From IMG/VR virus record IMGVR_UViG_3300042569_003487, positions 64,001 through 128,000 of that record: a stretch of 64,000 bases of DNA; one strand, given 5' to 3'. The translations under genes were made by a program, and so were the position numbers. This document shows positions 38,401-45,993 of the stretch, piece after piece; within the stretch, counting starts at the first letter, position 1, and each line of letters opens with the position of its first letter. Under the pieces are notes generated by a model. That model ran no database searches and was not told where the DNA came from. It saw only the letters and a program-made list of their open reading frames with translations. This DNA comes from a virus.

Positions 38401-39136
38401 TTTTGCTATAACTTAGGATTTCTCCGTTAATTGTTTCAGGAACGGTGATTTCCGATATAGTTTGGACTTTAAAGGTTCCTCTATATCTGTTAATTGCACC
38501 AGGTAAATCAACGATATTAGTATCTTCAAAATAAGAGATTCCATTATTTACTAAATCATTTAGTAAAGTAGTATAGTTGATTGTATTTTTTCCATTATAA
38601 TTATTATTAAAATACGTAATTAAGTCAGTATCTTCTCCAACATTAACAATTACTCGACGAACTTCAAACTTAGAAATATCATCAGCCATATAATTGGTTA
38701 CATCGATTGGAACATATAATAGTGGGCTAAGGAAACTTTCAAAAAACCAGTTGTTTTTGGTTTTAAATCTAGTCGGTAGGCTAAGCGACGCATCCCCAAT
38801 TTTCTCTAAATCAGAGATAGTTTGAGTAATATCATTAAGCTCGAATCTTTTAACATTTCCTTGATCGTCTTTAATTCCAATGGTATTTCCATTTGCATTT
38901 ATTAAAGTCTTAAATTTAGCATCAATTTCCTCAATGCGACCATTCATATAACCAATTGAAGGAATTGGAATAGTCGTACTTGTAGTAGGATCGTCTGTGT
39001 TAATTTGAGTAACTTCAACTTGGCTAGAATTTGTAGTCAGAGCTTGATTCATTTTTGAAATAAGCTCTTGTGCGTTTGCTGACTGTACGCCAAGTGAACC
39101 TAGGATCTCTGATAAAGAGTTTGTTTCTTCAGCCAT
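35441..39136 (-). CDS. Large probable baseplate/tail structural protein with coiled coil (1231 aa)
   Basis: Operon context, heptad segment KNLVSQKESINSNLRELDKSIDTLKK, FN3-like IKIKSLSEAG...SDWS. Confidence 0.6.
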   Translation of the reverse strand: MAEETNSLSEILGSLGVQSANAQELISKMNQALTTNSSQVEVTQINTDDPTTSTTIPIPSIGYMNGRIEEIDAKFKTLINANGNTIGIKDDQGNVKRFELNDITQTISDLEKIGDASLSLPTRFKTKNNWFFESFLSPLLYVPIDVTNYMADDISKFEVRRVIVNVGEDTDLITYFNNNYNGKNTINYTTLLNDLVNNGISYFEDTNIVDLPGAINRYRGTFKVQTISEITVPETINGEILSYSKIKYVLDRLDYTDVTGSTPAAQRRELSVGSRLITEENSEYLVESVDTKDKSVILKRVFGSDGIVLFENLRIKPEIYRSPILAVNIGYNEREVIFIKPISSKMDLTVDFISSGFGIYTNELQITLQTGQNLTLNEYYNNFVADFGLLFLSFAKEKKLPNSLGFQPNAPALNAENFKVLQIDSHVTNTDSASTVKNLVSQKESINSNLRELDKSIDTLKKTINSSGNQNDAIRLKAQSDLNNKTSARAQAFSQLSTVVKELSLNVKTSPEFSISPKYRVRGFWEIPADINSPYGLQKTVQFKIAYRYLSSNKDASAADPITFTDSTGTQRTGYFSPWTEVLTKSKQKVYNSTTGLYEWTEENVADPNSVNINQLEIAIRKGESVEIKIKSLSEAGFPDNPVESDWSESITIDFPANIQSSEENTLIAQQAMADESRIALQEELNARGLDLHLSTAFSSKDKYYSHTTDAIASGFFLADGTAISLYDKLKEIADSLSAIQSSLSTATAELIVSIVTPEGSEVQVTNGQMVDLFAGYYVDSAKLADGALDKGKIVSKEYQVKIRNASQTPLELVSTLGGGIGVAAPTSFPGANTDTQYNAYLRYDKIPLNLNGVASAGFAAFTQRTGYQSAQVKSQYVYARYYNSDNGKRLYYGDLLDTSAFGSNTNPSSYFTNQNYAFSQSANAVSGKPNYMGGHYLPSIPSGGSAIEVWNGSVTNGVGQGNGTYTEFCIHKDHPYFSVLGTVASPSTATINNIFLGLTTNSIYEFSNNTITSTAQKYLPFSQAIHFNTSVEAGTNEFGVPYYAQAERVTPVSPSAYGGALYTALNTFPIKLGFGTGDDYLIGKKTCGAYLFMMPQSYASISVDGSNARSSKRTVMAGSAASITVPVVFQFRTTDKIGEIGGWSTGQKLTNITYTKIIGLDIYTKSGLFEFDIQVSGKHQRDTIITSPTIFTPVSSGGGGGGGVYISDLTDILKNSAFDLSMNSSITNFM

Positions 39137-41265
39137 TATCGTATTCTATCTATTTTAAAGTCCAAGTTTAAAGAATCTGTACAGATTATTTCAAAAATAG
39201 GGCGATTATCGCTGGACCAGCCGTAATCTGTTAAAACTCCTATTCTTGTATTATATGCTTGAGTAACATTAGAAAAATCTAAATTTGTTGATCTTGCAAG
39301 AGCATCTGTTGAAAGTGTGATAGTATAACCATTTAGGATAACTGGATCGGCAAACACTAAACGTAGAACTTGACCCTTTTTCCATTGGGTTAGGGTATCA
39401 TTAACTTTAAGTGTAATGTTTCCAGTAAGAGTGTGCGAATTTCCAGATTTTTCGTGTCTATAGTAATTAGTAAACGGTACTAACGCAATTGACTGCGCAA
39501 GCGAAATATCAAATATTGGAGTAATTTCAAAGTTATAATCTGGGGTTTCATTATTAATACTTACCTGATTATTAACTGAGCGACTAACCCCGATTCCGGT
39601 TCCACTCTTTACTACATCGGTATTATATGCAACCTCTAATGAAGTTTTACCCTGTACAAAATTAGAAAGTTGACCTTCTACATTTGTAATTTTTTCAATA
39701 ACGTTTTTAGTATTTAAGAATAGTGCGCTATTTGCTAGAAGAGCCTTTTCTAAGCTAGATAATCTAGCCTCAATATCAGAAGTTTTACTAGTAGTCAATA
39801 GACTGGCTTTGGCTTTTTCCCAATCTGTTTGTAGAGCTGCATATTTTGCAAGCCTATCCTCTTGATTAACCGCAATTGTTTGAAATCTATTCATTAAGTC
39901 AACAAATAAATCTAAGCTAAATCCAGCGTTTGCATTAATGTTTTTAACTGGCTCAATTGCAACATCTTCAATTGAAGTATCAAATTTAACATTTAATTTA
40001 AATGCATATGAGTTTCCATTAATTTTGCTTAATGGATCTGGTTTGTATTTAGTTAATCTTGGAATTTCAAATTCAAGACCATTTGATTGAATCTTATTTA
40101 GGAACAAGACTCCATATAGATTTTTTGCTTTTAATACTTTTGTTACTGGATCAATCACGTCATAATAAACTAAAACTGTGTTAAAGTCAAAGTTTTTATT
40201 TTGTACGTTAATATCGTTTAGCGCAGAAAATGATGTTACTGCATTTTGGGTTGCAACTAAATAGTCAGAAAGTTTAAAATCAATACAAACTCCATCTAGT
40301 GTAGATCTGGTGTAACTTATTGTAGTTGATACGCCACTAGTAACCTTAGTCTTTTTAATCTTTTTATTTACAGCAGTATTATATTTCCAAGCAGTAAGCT
40401 GTGTATTATAAGTACCATCTGTATAGTATGAATTATTAAGGGTTCCTTGAAACCAGTTTTGCGTAGTATATGTGCTACCGCCATATGCGGCTTGTTCTAA
40501 TGTGACGGTCGAATCATCTAAATCATAGAATGCATTTAGACTTAATCCTTGCGGGTGAACGTCTGTATAGTGACGACCAACAATTGTTTCTCTATCTTCC
40601 GGTAACTCTGGCGTATGAGTAATCGTCATATTTGGTCTATAATTAGCATCCTCAACCGAGTTAAACAATATGTATGGAGTTGATCCAGCATTGTTTGGAA
40701 CATGCAAGTATAATTCGCTATATGAGTTTTCTTTACCTTTATATGAATTTACAATATCAATTTCTCCAATATATTGGACAACTTTGGAATATGAAGAGCC
40801 TACTGTCATATTTTCTTCTGCAAATATTCCAGTTTGAGATGTTTCTAGTGTATTTGCATCTCTCCAGCGAATTGCACCAGATTCCTTTAACCATTTCCAA
40901 AAAACTCTCTCTGATACATTGAGAGGAAGGTCTCTACTATATGAAGTTTGAGAAATTAAAAGAGCTTCTAAATTTAACGCGTAGTTTTGAAAGCTTTGTG
41001 CTAAATTGTAATTTTGGTTGCTTTGATTATAAAGACCTGGGTCGGTCATTAAAGTTTCACCTTGAGCTTTAAAAAATAGCTTGTTATCTGAAGGAGTTCC
41101 GTCTGGAGTTCCAACATTAGGTAAATTTAAAAGCACAAAGTTAGAAAACTTAAATTGATTACCACTATTGTTAAATGATAGAGTTAAGTCTTCTAACGAA
41201 CTTTGAAAGGTGTAAAATATACCCTTTCTAGTTGTAATAGGTTTTATAATAGGAGCAACTGCCAT
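39136..41265 (-). CDS. Probable tail/baseplate structural protein (709 aa)
   Basis: Long ORF, TAATG-coupled to the next gene, with a coiled-coil segment. Confidence 0.6.
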   Translation of the reverse strand: MAVAPIIKPITTRKGIFYTFQSSLEDLTLSFNNSGNQFKFSNFVLLNLPNVGTPDGTPSDNKLFFKAQGETLMTDPGLYNQSNQNYNLAQSFQNYALNLEALLISQTSYSRDLPLNVSERVFWKWLKESGAIRWRDANTLETSQTGIFAEENMTVGSSYSKVVQYIGEIDIVNSYKGKENSYSELYLHVPNNAGSTPYILFNSVEDANYRPNMTITHTPELPEDRETIVGRHYTDVHPQGLSLNAFYDLDDSTVTLEQAAYGGSTYTTQNWFQGTLNNSYYTDGTYNTQLTAWKYNTAVNKKIKKTKVTSGVSTTISYTRSTLDGVCIDFKLSDYLVATQNAVTSFSALNDINVQNKNFDFNTVLVYYDVIDPVTKVLKAKNLYGVLFLNKIQSNGLEFEIPRLTKYKPDPLSKINGNSYAFKLNVKFDTSIEDVAIEPVKNINANAGFSLDLFVDLMNRFQTIAVNQEDRLAKYAALQTDWEKAKASLLTTSKTSDIEARLSSLEKALLANSALFLNTKNVIEKITNVEGQLSNFVQGKTSLEVAYNTDVVKSGTGIGVSRSVNNQVSINNETPDYNFEITPIFDISLAQSIALVPFTNYYRHEKSGNSHTLTGNITLKVNDTLTQWKKGQVLRLVFADPVILNGYTITLSTDALARSTNLDFSNVTQAYNTRIGVLTDYGWSSDNRPIFEIICTDSLNLDFKIDRIR

Positions 41266-41286
41266 TTTGCGCTCTGGGTTTTATTT

Positions 41287-42309
41287 TTAGATGTTATAAA
41301 CTGCGTTTGAATCTCCAGTTACAACAAGTCTTGCTTGGTTAGTTCCCCAAGTTGAAGGTAAGTTTGCACTGTTTTTAACAGTACCTACATTCATTAGAGT
41401 AACAGATGAATTAAATAGATTTGTGCTTAATCCAACTGCCCATTGTGAAGCAAGCGTAGTATGAGTCGAATCTAGTCCTACTGCATCTTGATCCATTATT
41501 GCAAAATCTTGTCCTATAATTCTAATTTTATGCGTAGCTGAGTTTGCCGCAGCAAAAGTTTCATAAGTTCCGCTTACGTGAGTTGTGGTACCACCAGTAG
41601 TATAGGTAATTGCTCGTACCATAATTTTAAATTCTTGACCTGGTCTTATTGGAGAGTTTGTATCGTTTATTAGAACAATATCAATACCATCTGTAATGGT
41701 GCTCTGGAAAGCACTTCCACTATAAAATGAGCTAGCGTCTAGAGTTAATATAATTAAGGATTTGCTTGTTGCAGTTAGAGTAACTTCGGCTTTTGCACGG
41801 TTTGCACCAGATACCGCGACTAGATTTTTTGTAACGTCTTCCTTACTATTAGAGAAGCTTCCAGTAATATTAACTGAACCAGCTAAGTTAGATTGACCGT
41901 TTGCTGTAATTGCTCCGGTAAAAGTTGATGTACCAGAGATAGCAAGGCCAGCTGAAGTAATTGAAGAGTTAGCGACTAAGGTTCCGGTTGTAATTTTACC
42001 TACAAGAGCACTGTTAACAGTTTCAGTTTCAAATTTAATTAAATCTGCAGTACCATTTACATTTTTAAAATATAACTGTCCGTTTTGAATAGTTAATACC
42101 CTTGTTTTTAACTCAGTTAGTGGAGTTAGGGTAGAATCTGGGTCAACTCCGATCTTTTTATCAGAAAGATCAATTTTTAAGTTGTTAATTAGATCTTCTA
42201 GTTTACTCTTAAGCAATCCAACATTGCTATTTGAGATAATACGCATATCTGAAACATACGTGGTTTCTAGAATTTCTTGTGTTGATAGTGATAGTGCAAC
42301 AAAAGCCAT
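41287..42309 (-). CDS. Probable fibre-like structural protein
   Basis: Beta-rich Thr/Ser/Gly composition. First gene after a late box. Confidence 0.6.
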   Translation of the reverse strand: MAFVALSLSTQEILETTYVSDMRIISNSNVGLLKSKLEDLINNLKIDLSDKKIGVDPDSTLTPLTELKTRVLTIQNGQLYFKNVNGTADLIKFETETVNSALVGKITTGTLVANSSITSAGLAISGTSTFTGAITANGQSNLAGSVNITGSFSNSKEDVTKNLVAVSGANRAKAEVTLTATSKSLIILTLDASSFYSGSAFQSTITDGIDIVLINDTNSPIRPGQEFKIMVRAITYTTGGTTTHVSGTYETFAAANSATHKIRIIGQDFAIMDQDAVGLDSTHTTLASQWAVGLSTNLFNSSVTLMNVGTVKNSANLPSTWGTNQARLVVTGDSNAVYNI

Positions 42310-42315
42310 TTGTTT

Positions 42316-42397
42316 TTTCTATTTTTTGTTATTTATTAGTAGAGTGTCGCCTCACAAATAATGGACGACTAGCCTTCTTGTACTCAAAAAATAGAAA
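42316..42397 (-). promoter_or_regulatory. Late promoter (AATAAATA 42330-42337) enclosed by a perfect 13-bp inverted repeat covering the translation start region
   Basis: TTTCTATTTTTTG (42316-42328) and CAAAAAATAGAAA (42385-42397). ATG at 42309. Confidence 0.7.
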
Positions 42398-42402
42398 CTG
42401 GC

Positions 42403-43227
42403 TTACGGATTACTTAAATTTATTGTAGAGCCGTCATTTCGATTAATTATCGTACCATCTGATAGGATTTCATAATCGTTGAAGTTAATATCTATCATCT
42501 GAGAATCGGCATTTAGTGTATTTTTTGCTAAACTTGAAGTAATTTCTCTTGAATTTAAACTGTTTTCGATATAATCTATGTAGGCTTCTTTAGATAGAAC
42601 CTTTACGAATTGACTAGATGGCAGCGGGTGTTCATTGCCCCAAAGATCAATTACTGTACCAGATATTTCATATTCGCCAATTTTATCGAATCTCCAAATA
42701 AAGGTCCAGCCTGCTTCAACCTCAATTATGGTTTTTGGAGCAGACCCTGCAGTTATATCAGTTAATTTCCAAAAAACTTTAGCTTTTCCCATAACCTCCC
42801 TGGCTGAGATAAACACAGGAAGATGTGTTGGAACAGTCAATCGATCAGTCGCAATTTTTAATTCTGATACGTCTAAGGAATTTTTGGTAAAAAATGATGG
42901 AATAAATCCAACCTGTTTTCCATCTTTATATGAAATAAAACCTCGGTTTTTCCAGTATTCTGGCTCAGAAACTTTTCTAGTTACCTCGACTCCATTTTCA
43001 ATAAATTTTCTTCCATATATTTGATCGTTAAGTGGTGCATATACCATAAGATTCTCAACATCAAACTCTGGAATAACTCCATATAATTTTAGTTGTTCAA
43101 GGTTTCCCATTTGTTCCTTTGAATAAGTATCAACTGGTTCATAATAAGAGTACTTATTTGCAGAAGTAAATGTAACATTTGCACTAGGTAATCCAATTGT
43201 CGATATATTAATATAAGTTATTGGCAT
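42403..43227 (-). CDS. Hypothetical structural protein with PKD/Ig-like C-terminal region
   Basis: VFWKLTD...FIWRFDKIGEYEISGTVIDLWGN resembles a PKD-type pattern. Confidence 0.55.
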   Translation of the reverse strand: MPITYINISTIGLPSANVTFTSANKYSYYEPVDTYSKEQMGNLEQLKLYGVIPEFDVENLMVYAPLNDQIYGRKFIENGVEVTRKVSEPEYWKNRGFISYKDGKQVGFIPSFFTKNSLDVSELKIATDRLTVPTHLPVFISAREVMGKAKVFWKLTDITAGSAPKTIIEVEAGWTFIWRFDKIGEYEISGTVIDLWGNEHPLPSSQFVKVLSKEAYIDYIENSLNSREITSSLAKNTLNADSQMIDINFNDYEILSDGTIINRNDGSTINLSNP

Positions 43228-45992
43228 TAATTGTGATCAATTTTTAATTTAGCAGATCTTACTCCAATACTAGACGGTTGAACTCTAATCTTAACGCTGT
43301 ACGTATTTCCAGGAGTAATTGTAATATTATTAATAATTGCAACAACGTTTTCAGTTTGACCTGATCCAAGAACTAATTTAAATTCATCTCCATCCTGATC
43401 TATTGATATTGAGGCAATTTCAAGATTTGTACCAGTTGAGGTATTTGTAATTGGAACAGTTAAATCTCTATCGGCACCGACCTCTGTTGAATTAAATACA
43501 ATTGTTTCGTTTGCGGTTCCAACATTAAAACTTGGGGCACTAACTAGAGTTGAGACATTAATTGTATTAGATACTACGGCATTTGGGCCTTTTACTCTAA
43601 TTGCGAAAAGATCAGTTCCTGTATAATTTGAAGTTGGAATATATCTAATTCCGTAATTTAGGATAGACAAAGTTCCTTGACTAGGCTGTGTAACTATTTC
43701 AAACCCATTAAATGAGGATCCATTTAGATTAACATACGGTAAGGTATTAATATCAACATAAGTATTTCTTGATACTATTTGTTGTGGAATTTGTGCTAAT
43801 ATTGGAGAAGGCGGTTGAACGGTTAGGGTAGCTGTAACCGTTGAGGTTTGTGCAGTTGGCATATTATCATTAACCGCAGTCGCTGTAATCGTATAGGTAC
43901 CAGTCGGTACAGTTGTATATGTGACTGGGCTATCTGGCGAGCCTGTTCCTAATGAAGAACTGATTGTATAGGTTTTAGCATATTGAGTAGATACATTGAT
44001 TGTTACATTACTACCGCTTGTTACTGGCGATGAAAATATTCCAGGATTACTAAAAGAAACCGTTGGAAATGGTGCAAGTACCTCTACTTGAAATTGTTTA
44101 GAAAAACTATTTGATAGCGATGTGTTTTTAAATGGTGACGTATAATTAATAGTTAGAGTGGGGGTAATACTCTCATATGCTGGATTTACTCCCCAAAGAG
44201 CAGTAAACGATCTGGTTGAGTTATTTACGTTAATCAATGGAATAACAGTCGATCCAGTTTGAGTTACGGTAATACCATACAAAGAATCTTCAGAAAATTC
44301 TGGAATCCACTCTGGATAAGTTGAGGTGGCTCCAACTTGGATTGTTCCTGAAATACCCTGTCTTAATAGTTGATTTGCGATATAAGTATCACTAATCGGT
44401 TCGCCTACTACAACTTCTTCGTATACTTGAAATCCAACTGAATTCTCAAATGCGCCCTTAAGACCAAACCTATAATAACCAGGTACTCTTGGTCTAAAAG
44501 ATACTGAGATTAATCCCTGTCCATATTGATAATATGAAAATCCTGGAATTTCTGGTAAAGAATTTAAGTCGGTATTTGTAGTTACCTCTGCAACATTTTG
44601 CCAATCAGTTTCACCTGGGCTGGTTTTTTGTTGAATTGTCCAAAAAAGAGTTGCAGCGTTTACTTGTTGTAAATTTGCAGAAATCTTATAGACTCCTGGA
44701 ATAGGATCATCTGGCGACTGTTCAATAATAGAAACGTAAGTTCTATCTTGGTTTGCAGCTGATGCTGTAATATATGAATAAGATTGAGATGTTCCAACAC
44801 TACCGGAGATGGCCTCGGCTGCAATACTAAGAGACGCTAGGTTTTGACCCTGTGGAACACTACTAGTTGTAAAAGTTACAAAGCTTGAATATAAGTAAGA
44901 GCCGTCTGATCCCTGAAGATAGGCTTTTAAATAGTATGGACGATTTGCAGTTAACCCTGAAAGTTGGGTAACTAAATTAGATGGACTGACTCCTGAATTA
45001 AATGGGCCAGACTCAAATCTAACTACGCCAGGCTGTCCTATTTCTAAGTTTGTAGAATTATCTAGTTTGTAAATAACACCATACCTAACGTAAGCATCGC
45101 CTCCACTATTAGTAAAAGTTGAAGTACTGATTGCACTAGTTTGTGTAATAGCACTTATGGTTGGGGTAGTAATTGTACTTGCTCCAACCGTACTAAAACT
45201 TCCAGTAGGTGATGTCCCTACTCCAGTTGAGTTTGTTGCAGCTGCAGTTAATGTATACGCAGATCCGGCAATCAATCCATTAAATTGAACAGATATTCCA
45301 AGAGAAAAATCAGTAAGGGTTTGGGTTCCAACTTGCGTACCATTTTTAAACAATTTAAATTGAACACTAGTTACAGTACTACCGCCGTTATTTGAAATTG
45401 TGGTTGTTGCAATTACTGAGGTTGCTGTAATTGAACTAAAAGTCGGTGTTGTTAGCGTTGCAACCGTACCGGTTTGAGGTGGAGTACATGCTTGATATCG
45501 AACAGTTTCTCCTATACACTCTCCGCCATTTGAGGCTGGGGTAACAACGTATCTGGTTTGTTGCTCTTGATAAGATCCATTAATTAATCGGCATGGGCCC
45601 CAAGCTCCAACTACAAATGACTCTTGAGTTTCTCCATAACCCCAATCGCTTAATACACAATTGACTGGGCTTCCTCCAACTACACATTCGTTATGATCAA
45701 AACATGAAGTAAATCCTCCAGAAACTGTTATGTCATATTGACCAGGATCAAACACATAGTCGCCGTATACCCTAATTAAAGGTTGTGAGGTTGAACATAC
45801 TGCTAAAGTTACAATTGACCCATTTTGACTTTGAAACCAGTTTGAAGCTTGTACAATAGTCGACTGGTTACTAGAAAAATCAGTATATTGAAACTCAACT
45901 GCATTAATTGGAGTTTGATTAGTATCAATGTCAATTTGATAACAAAATGGACTTCCATTTACTTCTTCCGGTTGGTCTATGAATGCTGGCAT
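43227..45992 (-). CDS. Multidomain adhesin-like protein: TSP1-like, 2x FN3, Ig-like, cadherin-like (Big_9), ASH/choice-of-anchor-D-like
   Basis: PVNCVLSDW..WGPC..QTRYVVTPASNGGEC..C; GLIAGSAYTL and SGLTANRPYYLKAY; IVTQPSQGTL...YIPTSNYTGTDLF; FNSTEVG...ITNT...ITPG...VQPSSIGVRSAKLKI. Confidence 0.75.
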   Translation of the reverse strand: MPAFIDQPEEVNGSPFCYQIDIDTNQTPINAVEFQYTDFSSNQSTIVQASNWFQSQNGSIVTLAVCSTSQPLIRVYGDYVFDPGQYDITVSGGFTSCFDHNECVVGGSPVNCVLSDWGYGETQESFVVGAWGPCRLINGSYQEQQTRYVVTPASNGGECIGETVRYQACTPPQTGTVATLTTPTFSSITATSVIATTTISNNGGSTVTSVQFKLFKNGTQVGTQTLTDFSLGISVQFNGLIAGSAYTLTAAATNSTGVGTSPTGSFSTVGASTITTPTISAITQTSAISTSTFTNSGGDAYVRYGVIYKLDNSTNLEIGQPGVVRFESGPFNSGVSPSNLVTQLSGLTANRPYYLKAYLQGSDGSYLYSSFVTFTTSSVPQGQNLASLSIAAEAISGSVGTSQSYSYITASAANQDRTYVSIIEQSPDDPIPGVYKISANLQQVNAATLFWTIQQKTSPGETDWQNVAEVTTNTDLNSLPEIPGFSYYQYGQGLISVSFRPRVPGYYRFGLKGAFENSVGFQVYEEVVVGEPISDTYIANQLLRQGISGTIQVGATSTYPEWIPEFSEDSLYGITVTQTGSTVIPLINVNNSTRSFTALWGVNPAYESITPTLTINYTSPFKNTSLSNSFSKQFQVEVLAPFPTVSFSNPGIFSSPVTSGSNVTINVSTQYAKTYTISSSLGTGSPDSPVTYTTVPTGTYTITATAVNDNMPTAQTSTVTATLTVQPPSPILAQIPQQIVSRNTYVDINTLPYVNLNGSSFNGFEIVTQPSQGTLSILNYGIRYIPTSNYTGTDLFAIRVKGPNAVVSNTINVSTLVSAPSFNVGTANETIVFNSTEVGADRDLTVPITNTSTGTNLEIASISIDQDGDEFKLVLGSGQTENVVAIINNITITPGNTYSVKIRVQPSSIGVRSAKLKIDHN

Positions 45993-45993
45993 A

